Below the pieces are notes generated by a model. That model did no database searches. It was not told the origin of the DNA and worked only from the letters and a program-made list of their open reading frames with translations. The translations under genes were made by a program, and so were the position numbers. From Bacteroidota bacterium (GTDB lineage Bacteria; Bacteroidota; Ignavibacteria; Kryptoniales; JAKASW01), in the NCBI GenBank assembly GCA_021789755.1, contig JAJYJD010000002.1:1-39603 (forward strand): a DNA stretch of 39,603 nt, written 5' to 3'. Shown piece after piece: positions 8,290 through 18,907 of this stretch; the first letter of the stretch is position 1; every line of letters begins with the position of its first letter.

Positions 8290-8334
8290 ACCGGGTTTGC
8301 CGGATGCATTCGGAAAAAGGCAAATTGGAGAGAC

Positions 8335-9045
8335 ATGCTTGAGCTTACTTCCCTGACGAAGAAATTCGGCTCCTTCACCGCGGTGGACGACATCTCGATG
8401 AATATCCGGGCGGGAGACATCTACGGATTCCTTGGCCCGAACGGTGCCGGCAAGACCACGACAATCAAGATGATAGCGACGCTCCTCAAGCCGACCTCCG
8501 GAACAGTCTTGATAAACGGGATCGATGCGCACCGTTCGCCGGAAGAAGCAAAGAAGTATTTGTCTTATGTTCCGGACCAGCCGTTCCTTTACGAGAAGCT
8601 CAGCGGGATGGAATTCCTCCTTTTCGTGTCGAAGATGTACAGGATGGGTGAGAACGAAGCCGCCGACAGCATCCGCGAGGTGTCGGATATTTTTGAGGTG
8701 AGGCCGTGGCTCAACAAACGCATCGAGGACTATTCGCAGGGGATGAGGCAGCGGCTTGTTCTTGCGGCGGCGATGCTTCACAAACCGAGGCTGATCGTAA
8801 TAGACGAACCTATGGTCGGCCTCGACCCGAGAGGGGCCGAAACTTTCAAGGAGCAGGTCAGGCTTGTGGCGAAGAACGGGACGGCGATATTCATGACCAC
8901 GCACCAGCTCTCTCTCGCGAGAGACGTTTGCAGCAGGATCGGGATAATCAACACGGCCAAACTTGTCTATGAAGGTTCGATCGAAGAGTTGTCCGGCGAC
9001 GGCGTGGAGAGGCTGGAGAAAAGATATTTGGAACTGACATCGTGA
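8335..9045 (+). CDS. ABC transporter ATP-binding protein
   Basis: Walker A GPNGAGKTT, signature YSQGMRQRL, Walker B LIVIDEP, H-loop TTHQL. SD GGAGAG upstream. Confidence 0.9.
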   Translation: MLELTSLTKKFGSFTAVDDISMNIRAGDIYGFLGPNGAGKTTTIKMIATLLKPTSGTVLINGIDAHRSPEEAKKYLSYVPDQPFLYEKLSGMEFLLFVSKMYRMGENEAADSIREVSDIFEVRPWLNKRIEDYSQGMRQRLVLAAAMLHKPRLIVIDEPMVGLDPRGAETFKEQVRLVAKNGTAIFMTTHQLSLARDVCSRIGIINTAKLVYEGSIEELSGDGVERLEKRYLELTS

Positions 9046-9052
9046 AGAAAAC

Positions 9053-10705
9053 ATGCTGCGTGAGCTCGTAAAAACAAAACTGCGTCTCCTTTACCTCGAG
9101 GGGGGCGAGCGTGTCAGCAGGCATCTCTCGAGGTCGCTCTTTTCGGTCGTAACCTTCGCGATCTTCGCCTATCTGACTTTCACGGTAATTAAATTTGCGA
9201 CAACCTATCTCGTCGTGCAGGCGAGAGTCGGACTTTTCCTTTACCACAGGCTGCTGGCGCTGGCGCTCTTCGTGTTCTTCGCGATCATCAGCATTGCCAA
9301 TATACTTGTCGCGTTCGTGACCATTTTCAGAAACACCGAAGCGGAGTTTCTTCACACACTTCCGATAAAGCCGGTGGAGATATTCACCTCGAAATTCCTC
9401 GACTCGTTCCTGTACAGTTCCGCCCTCATGATCATAATGATCCTCGCGGCAGTCGCCGGATACGCCGGTTATTTCAAGGACCCGCTCGTCGCGGGGCTCG
9501 GCGTTTTACTTTCGATTCTCCCACTCATACTTTCCGCGGCTTGCGTCGGCGCAATCATCCTGCTCCTCGTGCTGAAGGTGGCGCACAGGATATCTATCAA
9601 GACCGCCGCCGCCGCCGTTACACTCTTCTATGCAGGGAGCACATACTCTTACGTAATGCTCAACAACCCCTTCAAGCTGTTCGGCGACGTGATGAAGTAT
9701 TACCCGCATATCGACAGGTATCTCGGGGTTCTCGATCCAAAATTGGACTACCTCGCGCCGAGTTTCTGGGCGGCGAACTTTTTTTACTTCGCGACGACGG
9801 GCAACTACATCGGCGCGGCAGCCTCTGCACTCATCGTCTGCGCAGTGGCGGCAGCTCTCTTTTTTGTCATGATCAAACTGGCGGACAAATATTACGAGGA
9901 GGCGTTCTGGACAGCCAGGCACAAGCTGTTCGAGAGGAAAGTGAAGAATCTGGGGGACCCCCTCGCCGGACAGGAAAGCCGGGCGAGGAAGCCGATCTCT
10001 GTGCTGAAAAGGGACTTTCTCCTCTTCATACGCGAGCCGAGCCAGACGTTCCACTTCGGAGTTCTCATGATACTTATCGGGATTTTCCTGGTAAATCTTT
10101 TTGAAATGAGGATATATTTGCCGGACACTTTCATAATCTCATCGGCTTTCACGCTGATATACGCCTTCAACAGCTTTCTCATCGTCTCGCTGGCAGTGCG
10201 GTTCGTCTATCCGATGCTCAGCCTCGAGGGGGAGACTATGTGGCTTCTCCGTTCATCACCTGTCAGGCTCGGAAGGGTTTTCTATGCCAAGCTCCTCCCG
10301 AGCGTCATTTTCCTGTCGGTAGTCGGTGCGATACTCGGTTTCGCGGCGCCGTCTCCCTTCAGGAATTTCCACGGTCTCATACCTGCGGGAGTCGTGTACG
10401 GATTTACGGGCGGGATAGTCTTCCCGTCCCTCGTGATGATCTTCGGAGGTGTGTTCGCCGATTTCAAAGAAAAGAATGCCGTTAGAATCTCTTCTTCACA
10501 CGGCGCGACGGTCTCACTGCTTGTTTCCATGGGCGTCATGGTTATTCTAAGTTCGATCGTATTCAACCAGACCGTCGGATATTTTTCCTCTAAAGGGACG
10601 GTCCCCGTCGACCTGACCGGGGCGTGGGTACTCGGATTTATCGGGGTTGTCTTCTTCTACCTTGCGGAGTTCTTCACCGTCAGGGCGCTGAAAATAGATA
10701 TGTGA
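9053..10705 (+). CDS. Polytopic membrane protein, probable permease partner of the ABC ATPase
   Basis: 550 aa with many hydrophobic segments along the whole length. Starts 7 nt after the ATPase stop. I recognise no catalytic motif. Confidence 0.6.
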   Translation: MLRELVKTKLRLLYLEGGERVSRHLSRSLFSVVTFAIFAYLTFTVIKFATTYLVVQARVGLFLYHRLLALALFVFFAIISIANILVAFVTIFRNTEAEFLHTLPIKPVEIFTSKFLDSFLYSSALMIIMILAAVAGYAGYFKDPLVAGLGVLLSILPLILSAACVGAIILLLVLKVAHRISIKTAAAAVTLFYAGSTYSYVMLNNPFKLFGDVMKYYPHIDRYLGVLDPKLDYLAPSFWAANFFYFATTGNYIGAAASALIVCAVAAALFFVMIKLADKYYEEAFWTARHKLFERKVKNLGDPLAGQESRARKPISVLKRDFLLFIREPSQTFHFGVLMILIGIFLVNLFEMRIYLPDTFIISSAFTLIYAFNSFLIVSLAVRFVYPMLSLEGETMWLLRSSPVRLGRVFYAKLLPSVIFLSVVGAILGFAAPSPFRNFHGLIPAGVVYGFTGGIVFPSLVMIFGGVFADFKEKNAVRISSSHGATVSLLVSMGVMVILSSIVFNQTVGYFSSKGTVPVDLTGAWVLGFIGVVFFYLAEFFTVRALKIDM

Positions 10706-10765
10706 GGCCTGGGCCATCGGGCCGCTTTTGTTGCGGGAAGCCGAAGCGTGAGCCGGAGGCAGCTA

Positions 10766-13207
10766 TCAGTAAACGATTATCCTGACTCGCGAACTTTTCG
10801 CTTTCCGTCCGTATTTGTCTCCCGTGATCCTGAACTCGTGACTCCCGGGTGATAGGGTCCACCGGGCGATCTTCGCCTGTGAAATGTCGGAGTAAAACCT
10901 CTCATCGACAAACAGTTTCACGTTTTGATATGCCGGTCCGGCCACTACCGCCACATCGAGCATCTGGAACTGACGCCGGAGCGTCGGGTCGATCTTATAC
11001 ACGGCTCCGTTTTCAGGCGAGGCTATTCCGAAATCTGCCGATGTCATCGATCTGTGTGACTCATCCTGGTTCAGGACATCGCGCCGCCGCATCTTATCAT
11101 AGGAATCGTTCGACCTGGTAGCGGTTCTCTGCATGTTGAGCCACGCATCGAAGATCGGCGGGAGGGTTTCGACGAGTCTCGTCTCCGTATATTCTTTCGG
11201 TGTCGCTGTGCCGGCGATCTGTCCGGTCCGTCTGTCAATCCTGTAGATGTGATGCATTTGGCATCTCTCTGTCGGCTCGGTGCCTCTGATGAACACCTCC
11301 TCCTTCGCTCCCGGGCAGTCATTTGTCGGAAGTTTTCCCGATCTTGTGCATACACTGACCCGGACTATTCCGTCTGGTGTATGAAATCCCAACCATCTGC
11401 CGTTCTGTTCCAGATAGAGCATTATATCCCTGAAGATCGGTCCGGCGCCGGTGATTCCCGAGACGGTGCGCATCGGCGTCGAGTCGAAGTTTCCGACCCA
11501 GACACCTACAGTCCATCTTGGTGTGAATCCCACCGTCCAGTTGTCCTTGTAATCTTTCGATGTCCCTGTTTTCACAGCACAGGGAAACGGCAGGCTTATC
11601 TGTGAATCGAAACCGAAGGCCGGAGCTCTCGCGTCGTCGTCGCTCAGGATGTTAGCGAGTATGTAGGCTACCTGCGGAGAGAACACCGTTCGCGGCGCTC
11701 CGCCAAACTCGGAACTGTCGGACGGCTTGAAGTCACGCGTGTCTCCTGCAACATCCCGCACACTCAGGATGGTCCTGTCCGGAAGGAAGTATCCGCCGCG
11801 AGCGAGCATGGAATATGCCCTCGTCAGTTCGAGAAGAGTGACTTCTCCGTCGCCGAGGGCCACGCCCAGGCCGTAGTACGACGCCGGCTGGTCGAGCGAT
11901 GTCAGTCCGCAATCTCTGAGCCTGGCAAGAACTGCATCGAGGCCAACTGCCTGTGCGACCCGTACAGCCGGCACGTTATACGAGCTTGCAAGCGCAGTTC
12001 TCAGGCTCACCGGGCCGTGAAAAGTCTTGTCGTAATTTTGCGGTACAAACGATCCGTCTTGCGTCGGGGCCGAGAAAGGTATGTCGGGAATAATGTCCGC
12101 AGCGGTCAAACCGGACTCCAAAGCAAGGCCGTAAACAAACGGCTTCAACGCCGAGCCGGGTTGTCTTCTTGCCAGTGCCCCATTGAACTGGCCGTCTCTG
12201 AGCGAGTCGAAATAGTTCACGGAGCCGGCCATGGCGACGACGTCACACGTCGCGTTATCGATCACGACCACGGCTCCGTTAGTTACGTGCAATCTCTTCA
12301 ACATGAGGATGTGGCCCTTTAGCAGAGTCTCGACCGCTTTTTGGATATTGTAATCGAGAGTCGTTCTGATGCTGGAGATTCTGGTACGCTCCTCCGGCAG
12401 GATGGAGTTCAATATCATGTCGGTGAAATGTGGAGCCCTGAGCATTCTTCTCGAATCCTGAAGTGCGATCGGCTCCGCCGCGGCTCTGTTGTATTCTTCT
12501 CCGGCGATGAACTTCTCTTCGAGCATTTTCTTCAGCACGAATTGCTGTCTCTTCTTCGCTCTGGAGAATGCCTTGTAGGGATTCGAGCTCGAGGGAGCGT
12601 TCGGGAGCCCGGCGAGGAACGCAGCTTCCGCGATCGAGAGATGAGACACGGGCTTCCCGAAATAGAGCTGTGAGGCGGCCTCGGCTCCGTAAGTACCATT
12701 TCCGTACGGGACCCGGTTCAGGTATTGGATGAGTATGTCTTTCTTCGGGATAGTTCTCTCCAGCCTCAGGGCGAGCCAGGCTTCGACAATCTTTCCCCAG
12801 ATTGTCCGCCGATCGTGATAAATATTGCGGATGACTTGCTGCGTTATTGTCGATCCGCCGGAAACAAAGCGCATGGCTTCTGCGTCCTGGAGAAACGCCC
12901 GCGCGATGGCCAGCGGATTAACACCAGGGTGGTAGTAAAAATATTTGTCCTCGGCAGCAATCGTCGCGTTGATGAGTTGAGGAGGAATTTCGTCCGATCG
13001 AAGCCAGTACGCTCTCCCTCCCTGATCGGAGAGAACCTCGCGTAATGTCCGGTCGCTCCTGTCGGTTATTCTCAGAGAGACTACGGGCAAAGGCGACAGG
13101 TCGTCTTTCGGGATAGGCACGAAAATCGAGACGATGAAAGAGGCGGCGAGCATGAGCGCGCCGCTTCTCCACGGATGTCTTCTTACTGCTGAAAGAAGAG
13201 ATCTCAA
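10766..13207 (-). CDS. pbpC: Penicillin-binding protein 1C (bifunctional GT51 transglycosylase / transpeptidase)
   Basis: GT51 motifs EDKYFYYHPGVNP and GGSTITQQ. Transpeptidase motifs SALKPF (SxxK), SSYNVPA (SxN) and KTGTSKD (KTG). Extra C-terminal beta-rich domain as in PBP1C. TTG start overlaps the A2M stop by 4 nt, so the start is uncertain. Confidence 0.85.
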   Translation of the reverse strand: MRSLLSAVRRHPWRSGALMLAASFIVSIFVPIPKDDLSPLPVVSLRITDRSDRTLREVLSDQGGRAYWLRSDEIPPQLINATIAAEDKYFYYHPGVNPLAIARAFLQDAEAMRFVSGGSTITQQVIRNIYHDRRTIWGKIVEAWLALRLERTIPKKDILIQYLNRVPYGNGTYGAEAASQLYFGKPVSHLSIAEAAFLAGLPNAPSSSNPYKAFSRAKKRQQFVLKKMLEEKFIAGEEYNRAAAEPIALQDSRRMLRAPHFTDMILNSILPEERTRISSIRTTLDYNIQKAVETLLKGHILMLKRLHVTNGAVVVIDNATCDVVAMAGSVNYFDSLRDGQFNGALARRQPGSALKPFVYGLALESGLTAADIIPDIPFSAPTQDGSFVPQNYDKTFHGPVSLRTALASSYNVPAVRVAQAVGLDAVLARLRDCGLTSLDQPASYYGLGVALGDGEVTLLELTRAYSMLARGGYFLPDRTILSVRDVAGDTRDFKPSDSSEFGGAPRTVFSPQVAYILANILSDDDARAPAFGFDSQISLPFPCAVKTGTSKDYKDNWTVGFTPRWTVGVWVGNFDSTPMRTVSGITGAGPIFRDIMLYLEQNGRWLGFHTPDGIVRVSVCTRSGKLPTNDCPGAKEEVFIRGTEPTERCQMHHIYRIDRRTGQIAGTATPKEYTETRLVETLPPIFDAWLNMQRTATRSNDSYDKMRRRDVLNQDESHRSMTSADFGIASPENGAVYKIDPTLRRQFQMLDVAVVAGPAYQNVKLFVDERFYSDISQAKIARWTLSPGSHEFRITGDKYGRKAKSSRVRIIVY

Positions 13208-16200
13208 CGGACGATCACGATCCTTTGCACCGTTTGCCCGAAGACGTCTGGCTCGTACATCTGCTCCGCATGCGTAGCGGGCATCCTGAAAGTCCCGTAT
13301 GTGGCCGCGCGCACCAGGTAAGAATAATCGTGGACTCCCGCCGAAAGCGTCGTGGCGAACAGCAGCACCCGGTCGTCCTTCTGTTCCACATGGTTGAAAC
13401 CTCCGTTCCAGTACATGCTTTCCCAGTTATCTCCGCTCACATTGCGGCTCAGGAAATCGCTTTCGGTGTCGAACGTCAGATTGACGGCTTCGGTGCCGGC
13501 AGGAAGCGGGTCATCGACGACGATGAAGTTTCTCTGCTGCGGGATGACAATCCTCAGAGTCACTTTGTACATCGATCCGGCAGACAGGACATAGTTTCCG
13601 ACAGAATCATGGGGAACGGCCTTCCCGTTGACCGTAGAGATCGTCTTGATGACCGCGATGCCTTCGTCGCGAGCCAGCGTGTCCCTCGTCGGATAGTAGT
13701 TCATGCGGATTCCGTAGTAAAGGATGCCCGTGCCGGATTTCTCGATCCGGACAGGAAGCTCCCTGTCTTTCTGGAAAGAATCCAGAGATTGTTCGGTGCT
13801 GATTGTTTTTAATTCCCTTCCTTTGAAGACCGCGTCGAGCACGTTCTTACCGGCGATCTTTATCTGGGTCTTGAAATCCGGAGTCTCGTTTTCAAAGGCG
13901 TCGAAGTAATCGGCGAGCGCGCTGACCACGTAGATATTCTCCTGAGTCGAGCGCCACCTGCCGACTTTTTGATCTTCCATCAGCCAGCGAACCACACGTC
14001 CGAGAAACTGATCGCGGTTGCCGATCCGTATCAGGGCGCGAAGAATTATCGCCGTCGTCCGTGTGTTGCTGCTGAACGTCCATCTCAGTCCTTCCCAATT
14101 CGGCTCCTCGAAGTGGGCGGTCGTGGAAGCCACCTTGACGGTGTTCATCAGCTCGCCGACGATGGTGTTCTCCATGTCCGGATTTCTGGAAGTCCTGTCT
14201 ATCGCTTCGAGCAAGAATGCGCGCGCAAAGAGCGGGAGCTTGTCCCTAATCGTAAACAGCTGTTCGATGTAAGCCGGTTCAGGATGACCGAGTAGCGCAA
14301 GCGAATACACCATCAATGCCTTCGTCGCCAGGAATGAGTGTTCATCCCACGGGAAATGCGACTGGTCCTGATTTTTTCTGAGAAAGCCGCTGCAATAGTC
14401 GATCGCTCTCTTAAGCACATTCTGATCGATTGAGTATCCGTGTTCCTTCGCCACCGCAAGAGCGTAAAGCGCGTAACCGGAGAGATATGGATAGCTGTAC
14501 GAGTCTCCTTTCCAGTACGCAAAACCTCCTTCGCTTGTCATGAAGGATGGTACTTCATCTATTACTTTCTGAGCGATCCGCCTCAGATTTTTTCCCTGCA
14601 GCGCAGGGAGGTTGAACGCTTTGACTATTTCTTCTCCGAAGATGAGCGGGAGCGCGCCCGACAAACGCTGCTCGAGGCATCCGTAAGGATAAGTGAACAG
14701 GTAGTCCACGCTGTTCTCGAGTCCGCAAAGGGCGGTCGACGCCGCGGTCAGCTGGATCCCGCCGAGCATCGGGTAAATGTCTTTTGGAATCACGAGAGCC
14801 TGTGACGCCGTGTCCTTTGTGCTTTCATACAAAGCGACGGATTCTTTCAGTCTAGGGACTGTTATCGGGATTGTCATCGTCAGCCCGTCTGTGAACTTCC
14901 CCATCGCGGCCTGGAAGTTGAACTTCGCCGACCCGGCAACCGATGAAGCGATATAGTCGAAGCGCACTTCCCGGCTCTCTCCGGCGTCAAGCTCGAATTC
15001 GGCGGTCTTCTTTCCGATTATCCTGACATCTCCTTCCACGGACGCCTGCATTAAGACTTTGCTCTTCACTTTCGAATAGTTCATCGCGACGACACCCGCG
15101 TTGAACGCGTCCCCGACCCTTGCGAAGCGCGGAAGCGCACCCTGCACCAGAAATTCCTTGTTGACACGGAAGGTCGAGTTGCCTGCACCGAATTCAGATC
15201 CCTTTGTCTGCGCTACTGCCATGACTTTGAAGCGGCTGAGGTTATCCGGCAGTTTGAATTTCACCTTCGTTTTTCCGCTGTCGTCCGTTATCACGGAAGG
15301 GTTCCAGTAAGCAGTGAGCTTGAAGTCGCCCCTCATCTGGATTTCGGAGAGCGCCGTTCCGCCGCCGCCTTCGTCTTCGCCCTTCTCGCCGTACGATCTC
15401 TGCTCAACCAGGTGGACGATCGTTTCCGACGTCGAGACCGCGAGAGCCCGCATGCTGAAAAATGTCAGAAAGGGATCGCGCAGTTCGTAATTGATCAGGT
15501 TGAGCACACCCATGTCCGCAACGCTGATAACCACCTCGGAATTCGTCCCCGCACCGGCAGCATTCTTCACGGAAACGGAGACTTCCACCGAATCGCCGGG
15601 ATGGTATTCCTCTTTGTCCGTGGATACGGCGACCTTTAAATGATGCGTGCCCGGATCGACGGTAAGATTGACGTACCCGATCTTGAAGGAGGGGCGGCCG
15701 ACATCTTCCTCGCGGTTTGTCACGTCCTGTGCGGAGACTCTCCCCTGGAGCAGGACAACTGAAACGTAAATGTTTGGAAGACACATCTTAGTGATGGGTA
15801 TTTTCAATTCGGGCGCACTTCCGACAAGCTCGGTTGTCCACTGGTCGAGAATGCCGTCGCGTTCCAGCGTCACAAGCGCCCGGGCTTTTTCGTAAGGCGA
15901 CTTCACCATCACTCTGGCGACGTCTCCAGGTACGTACTTCTCCCGGTCGGCAACAAGCTCGATCCGGTCATCGTCGGATCTTTCCCAGGCAACGTAGCCC
16001 GAGCCTGTCACGTAGAAATCAGCACCGCAGGTCACGTAATTCCCGAGTGAATCTTTTCCGTCGACGATTATGAAGTAATAGCCTGCGGTCGGGGGGACAT
16101 ATTTTTCACTTACGGCGGAATCCCGTGAAGTAACGGTGTGTTCCGTCATCGTCGTGTCGATCCGGTCTGTCTGCCAATAATACCGGCCGTCGACCTCCGC

Positions 16201-18843
16201 GCGTCGCACTGATATCCACTGGCGCTTGATCAGTCTTACTCTCATTTGCTGACCCGGCGAACTCTTTCCGTCCGGGCGTACGGCAATCAGATCATAATTC
16301 AGCGTATCGCCGTGCTTGAGGAAATAGCGGGATATCTTCGTACCGATGTAAAAGTGTGCGCCATGTATGATCGCGGTTGCACGACTCGTCACGCTTCGCC
16401 GGCTCGGCGAAGTTGCGGTGGCTTCCAGGAGAAGCTCTTTTGTACCGGTGAGTTTGCCGGCCTGAACGGGATAAGAAAGCGAAAGCATTCCACGCTCGTC
16501 GAGGACGGTATCGGCAGATGCAAGAAGGCTCTCGCTTCTGTTGGACTGCCACCAGATCGGGCTGAATGAGAAACCGGGATGTCCCGGCGGATCATAATAA
16601 CCGGGAAGGGAGCGGAGCTTCCATGAGACTTTGTCCTTTCTCATCGGAGCCCCGAACAAATACCGCGCGAGAACGTTTGCCGAAATAGTGTCGCCCATGA
16701 TATACTCCGGCTGCATGAACCGGACGGTGACTTCCGACTCGGCCGGACGGAATGCTTCCACGCGGAATCCGTCCGACGCAACTCTGATCATTCCTTGTGG
16801 TGTCTTGACCGAGTTGTCTTCATAATATCCTCCCGAATACTCGAGGCCGGTCGCTGCCGTGAAAACCGTGATGCGGTAATAGCCGAGGTGTGCAGTCGGT
16901 TTTATCTTTACGGTCAAATCAAACGAGCCATATTCGGAGAGTCTGAGCGAATCGGACTCCACCTGTTCTCCCATGGGATCACTGACGGTCACGACTGCCA
17001 GCGCCCCATTTTGTACTACCCAATTGTCAGCGACTCTCTTCCTGATTATCCCTTTTATCTGAACACTCTCGCCGGTTCTGTAGAGCCCTCTGTCCGTAAA
17101 CAAAGCTCCCTCCACAGGCTGGTACTGCGGCTGCCATTCGTAATCGACTCCGAACCGCCACGGGTCAATGCCGGTGCCGTCTTCACTTTTCGTGAATGCG
17201 AAATCGTCGCCGTCTATCGCAAAAATCCAGACCCTCGGCTGCTGCCACTGACCGGGCTTCATACCGAGTTGTCCCCAGCCCGGCGTGCGCGCCAGCCCGG
17301 CGTCATCAGTCTTCCCGGTCCAGAGAATACGGCTTTGATCGTCTCTCAACTGGATCGTTGCGCCCTTAACTGGCTCTGTGTTTTTCAATCGCGTGACCCA
17401 GACAAGATTGTTCTCGGGAGAATACTTGCCAGTAATTCCCAGGCCCGTGATTTGCAGCGAGGTGCGTGTTGTCCCGAAGTCTGCGGGCTTCGGAAGCGGG
17501 TTTGTCAACTCGGCGATGACGAACCCATGTCCCTTTCCTGAGAGCGCTTCCCCGGCGTTAAAAGTGACAGTGGAGTACTGGTTCCTCTTTGTGTGCAGGA
17601 CCCACTCCCTGTCGACGGAGTAATTGAGTTTTGCTATTCGACCTGTCATCGACAGGACAACGCTGTCCAGCGGGATTGATGCCATGCGAAGTCTTACAGT
17701 GTCGACGTTTCTGACTCGCACGGGATACCGAAGTTGCCCGTAGGCTTCGAGTGTCCCGTCGCCGCCCGCCATGTACAGGCGCGGACTTTGCGATAGAGTC
17801 GTGAAATTTCCGGTGACGTCGATACCGAGCGAATTGTTAAACGTGTCTTTCATCGAGCTGTCGATAGTGAATGTGTAGGTCGTATCCGGCAACAGCGGCA
17901 GGCGAAGAGACAGTCCTGTGCTGCTCCAGCTGTACCAACCTTCGATATACTCATCAGGGATTTCAATATGCGGTTCGAACTTCAGGTGAGTGGCCAGTTC
18001 CTTCATCTGGACCGGATTGGAGAATGTGAACCCTATCTCTGCGTCCGGTCTGATCGCCGTTCCCTGTAAGCCGAGAAATTTGAACTCGTTTTGAGTCGTG
18101 AATGAGACGAACTGATCGGCAGCCATCCCGAGATTTCCAATCGCGCCGGGAAGTCCCGCTTTTAATTGAACGACATACCTGCTCCCCACTTCAAAATTCT
18201 CCCTCGGGATCAGCGTTATTCCGTATCCGGCAGGATTGAACCAGTCTTCTTCTCCCCACTGAGTCTGGCGAATGTCGAAAGGCAGGAACTTCCTATTCTC
18301 GCCATCCTGTCTGTAAATGTAAACGTACTGACTCAGTTTGTACGGGTCGACCGGCTGGTTGAAAAGAAGCAGAATGTTCCTGTGGAGGACGACGTAGGAG
18401 GAACCGTTCGAAGGGAGGCTCCTCACCAGCTGAGGTCTTGGTGTCTCAAATGTCCAGACAAAATCTTGGTTTAATGTTGTTCCGTCCAGCGCCTTCGTTC
18501 CGGCGGCCACTCGCGCAGTGAAAGCAGTTGAGAAAGGCAGCGTGTCCGTCGGGACAAATGTCAGCGTGCTCGTGCCGAGCCAGCGATATTTTCCCCTGAC
18601 AGGCGGCTCCAGTACGAGAGGGCCTGAGCTCTCGTCGACGGGAACTGCCTGGAGAGCTACCATGGGTTTGTTGAACATGACGACGATGGTACGCGACTGG
18701 TCGCGCGTCTGTGTCGACCCACGCGGGGTCGCAGATAATACCTTCAGTCCCTGGTTTGCACCGAGCTGCTGCGCGAATGAAGGCTTCGCAAGAATCAATA
18801 TCGCCATGACGGCAATTGATGCCCTGAGACAATGTTTTTTCAT
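13204..18843 (-). CDS. Bacterial alpha-2-macroglobulin family protein with thioester motif
   Basis: About 1880 aa. The thioester motif YPYGCLEQ has CLEQ encoded at 14668-14679. Signal peptide MKKHCLRASIAVMAILILAKPSFA-QQ. I prefer ATG 18843 (AAGGGTGG upstream) over the ORF-track GTG 18852. Confidence 0.9.
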   Translation of the reverse strand: MKKHCLRASIAVMAILILAKPSFAQQLGANQGLKVLSATPRGSTQTRDQSRTIVVMFNKPMVALQAVPVDESSGPLVLEPPVRGKYRWLGTSTLTFVPTDTLPFSTAFTARVAAGTKALDGTTLNQDFVWTFETPRPQLVRSLPSNGSSYVVLHRNILLLFNQPVDPYKLSQYVYIYRQDGENRKFLPFDIRQTQWGEEDWFNPAGYGITLIPRENFEVGSRYVVQLKAGLPGAIGNLGMAADQFVSFTTQNEFKFLGLQGTAIRPDAEIGFTFSNPVQMKELATHLKFEPHIEIPDEYIEGWYSWSSTGLSLRLPLLPDTTYTFTIDSSMKDTFNNSLGIDVTGNFTTLSQSPRLYMAGGDGTLEAYGQLRYPVRVRNVDTVRLRMASIPLDSVVLSMTGRIAKLNYSVDREWVLHTKRNQYSTVTFNAGEALSGKGHGFVIAELTNPLPKPADFGTTRTSLQITGLGITGKYSPENNLVWVTRLKNTEPVKGATIQLRDDQSRILWTGKTDDAGLARTPGWGQLGMKPGQWQQPRVWIFAIDGDDFAFTKSEDGTGIDPWRFGVDYEWQPQYQPVEGALFTDRGLYRTGESVQIKGIIRKRVADNWVVQNGALAVVTVSDPMGEQVESDSLRLSEYGSFDLTVKIKPTAHLGYYRITVFTAATGLEYSGGYYEDNSVKTPQGMIRVASDGFRVEAFRPAESEVTVRFMQPEYIMGDTISANVLARYLFGAPMRKDKVSWKLRSLPGYYDPPGHPGFSFSPIWWQSNRSESLLASADTVLDERGMLSLSYPVQAGKLTGTKELLLEATATSPSRRSVTSRATAIIHGAHFYIGTKISRYFLKHGDTLNYDLIAVRPDGKSSPGQQMRVRLIKRQWISVRRAEVDGRYYWQTDRIDTTMTEHTVTSRDSAVSEKYVPPTAGYYFIIVDGKDSLGNYVTCGADFYVTGSGYVAWERSDDDRIELVADREKYVPGDVARVMVKSPYEKARALVTLERDGILDQWTTELVGSAPELKIPITKMCLPNIYVSVVLLQGRVSAQDVTNREEDVGRPSFKIGYVNLTVDPGTHHLKVAVSTDKEEYHPGDSVEVSVSVKNAAGAGTNSEVVISVADMGVLNLINYELRDPFLTFFSMRALAVSTSETIVHLVEQRSYGEKGEDEGGGGTALSEIQMRGDFKLTAYWNPSVITDDSGKTKVKFKLPDNLSRFKVMAVAQTKGSEFGAGNSTFRVNKEFLVQGALPRFARVGDAFNAGVVAMNYSKVKSKVLMQASVEGDVRIIGKKTAEFELDAGESREVRFDYIASSVAGSAKFNFQAAMGKFTDGLTMTIPITVPRLKESVALYESTKDTASQALVIPKDIYPMLGGIQLTAASTALCGLENSVDYLFTYPYGCLEQRLSGALPLIFGEEIVKAFNLPALQGKNLRRIAQKVIDEVPSFMTSEGGFAYWKGDSYSYPYLSGYALYALAVAKEHGYSIDQNVLKRAIDYCSGFLRKNQDQSHFPWDEHSFLATKALMVYSLALLGHPEPAYIEQLFTIRDKLPLFARAFLLEAIDRTSRNPDMENTIVGELMNTVKVASTTAHFEEPNWEGLRWTFSSNTRTTAIILRALIRIGNRDQFLGRVVRWLMEDQKVGRWRSTQENIYVVSALADYFDAFENETPDFKTQIKIAGKNVLDAVFKGRELKTISTEQSLDSFQKDRELPVRIEKSGTGILYYGIRMNYYPTRDTLARDEGIAVIKTISTVNGKAVPHDSVGNYVLSAGSMYKVTLRIVIPQQRNFIVVDDPLPAGTEAVNLTFDTESDFLSRNVSGDNWESMYWNGGFNHVEQKDDRVLLFATTLSAGVHDYSYLVRAATYGTFRMPATHAEQMYEPDVFGQTVQRIVIVR

Positions 18844-18878
18844 ATCAGCCACCCTTTTCTTGATTATCCTGCGATGAA

Positions 18879-18907
18879 ATTATAATGAACTCTGAAAAGG
18901 ATCAAAT
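18879..18907 (-). promoter_or_regulatory. Possible sigma70-type promoter of the A2M-pbpC operon
   Basis: The minus strand has an exact TATAAT at 18884-18879, about 35 nt upstream of ATG 18843. TTGATC/TTTGAT lies 15-16 nt further upstream. Pattern match only. Confidence 0.3.

Noticed and set aside
8230-9054. 274-aa minus-strand ORF antisense to the ABC ATPase
   Set aside because: The plus strand carries Walker A, the ABC signature and Walker B. The antisense product is Arg/His/Pro-rich shadow sequence.
16795-17541. 248-aa plus-strand ORF inside the A2M gene, with many smaller ones across 13225-18877
   Set aside because: A single uninterrupted ~1880-codon minus-strand frame with the GCLEQ thioester explains the region.
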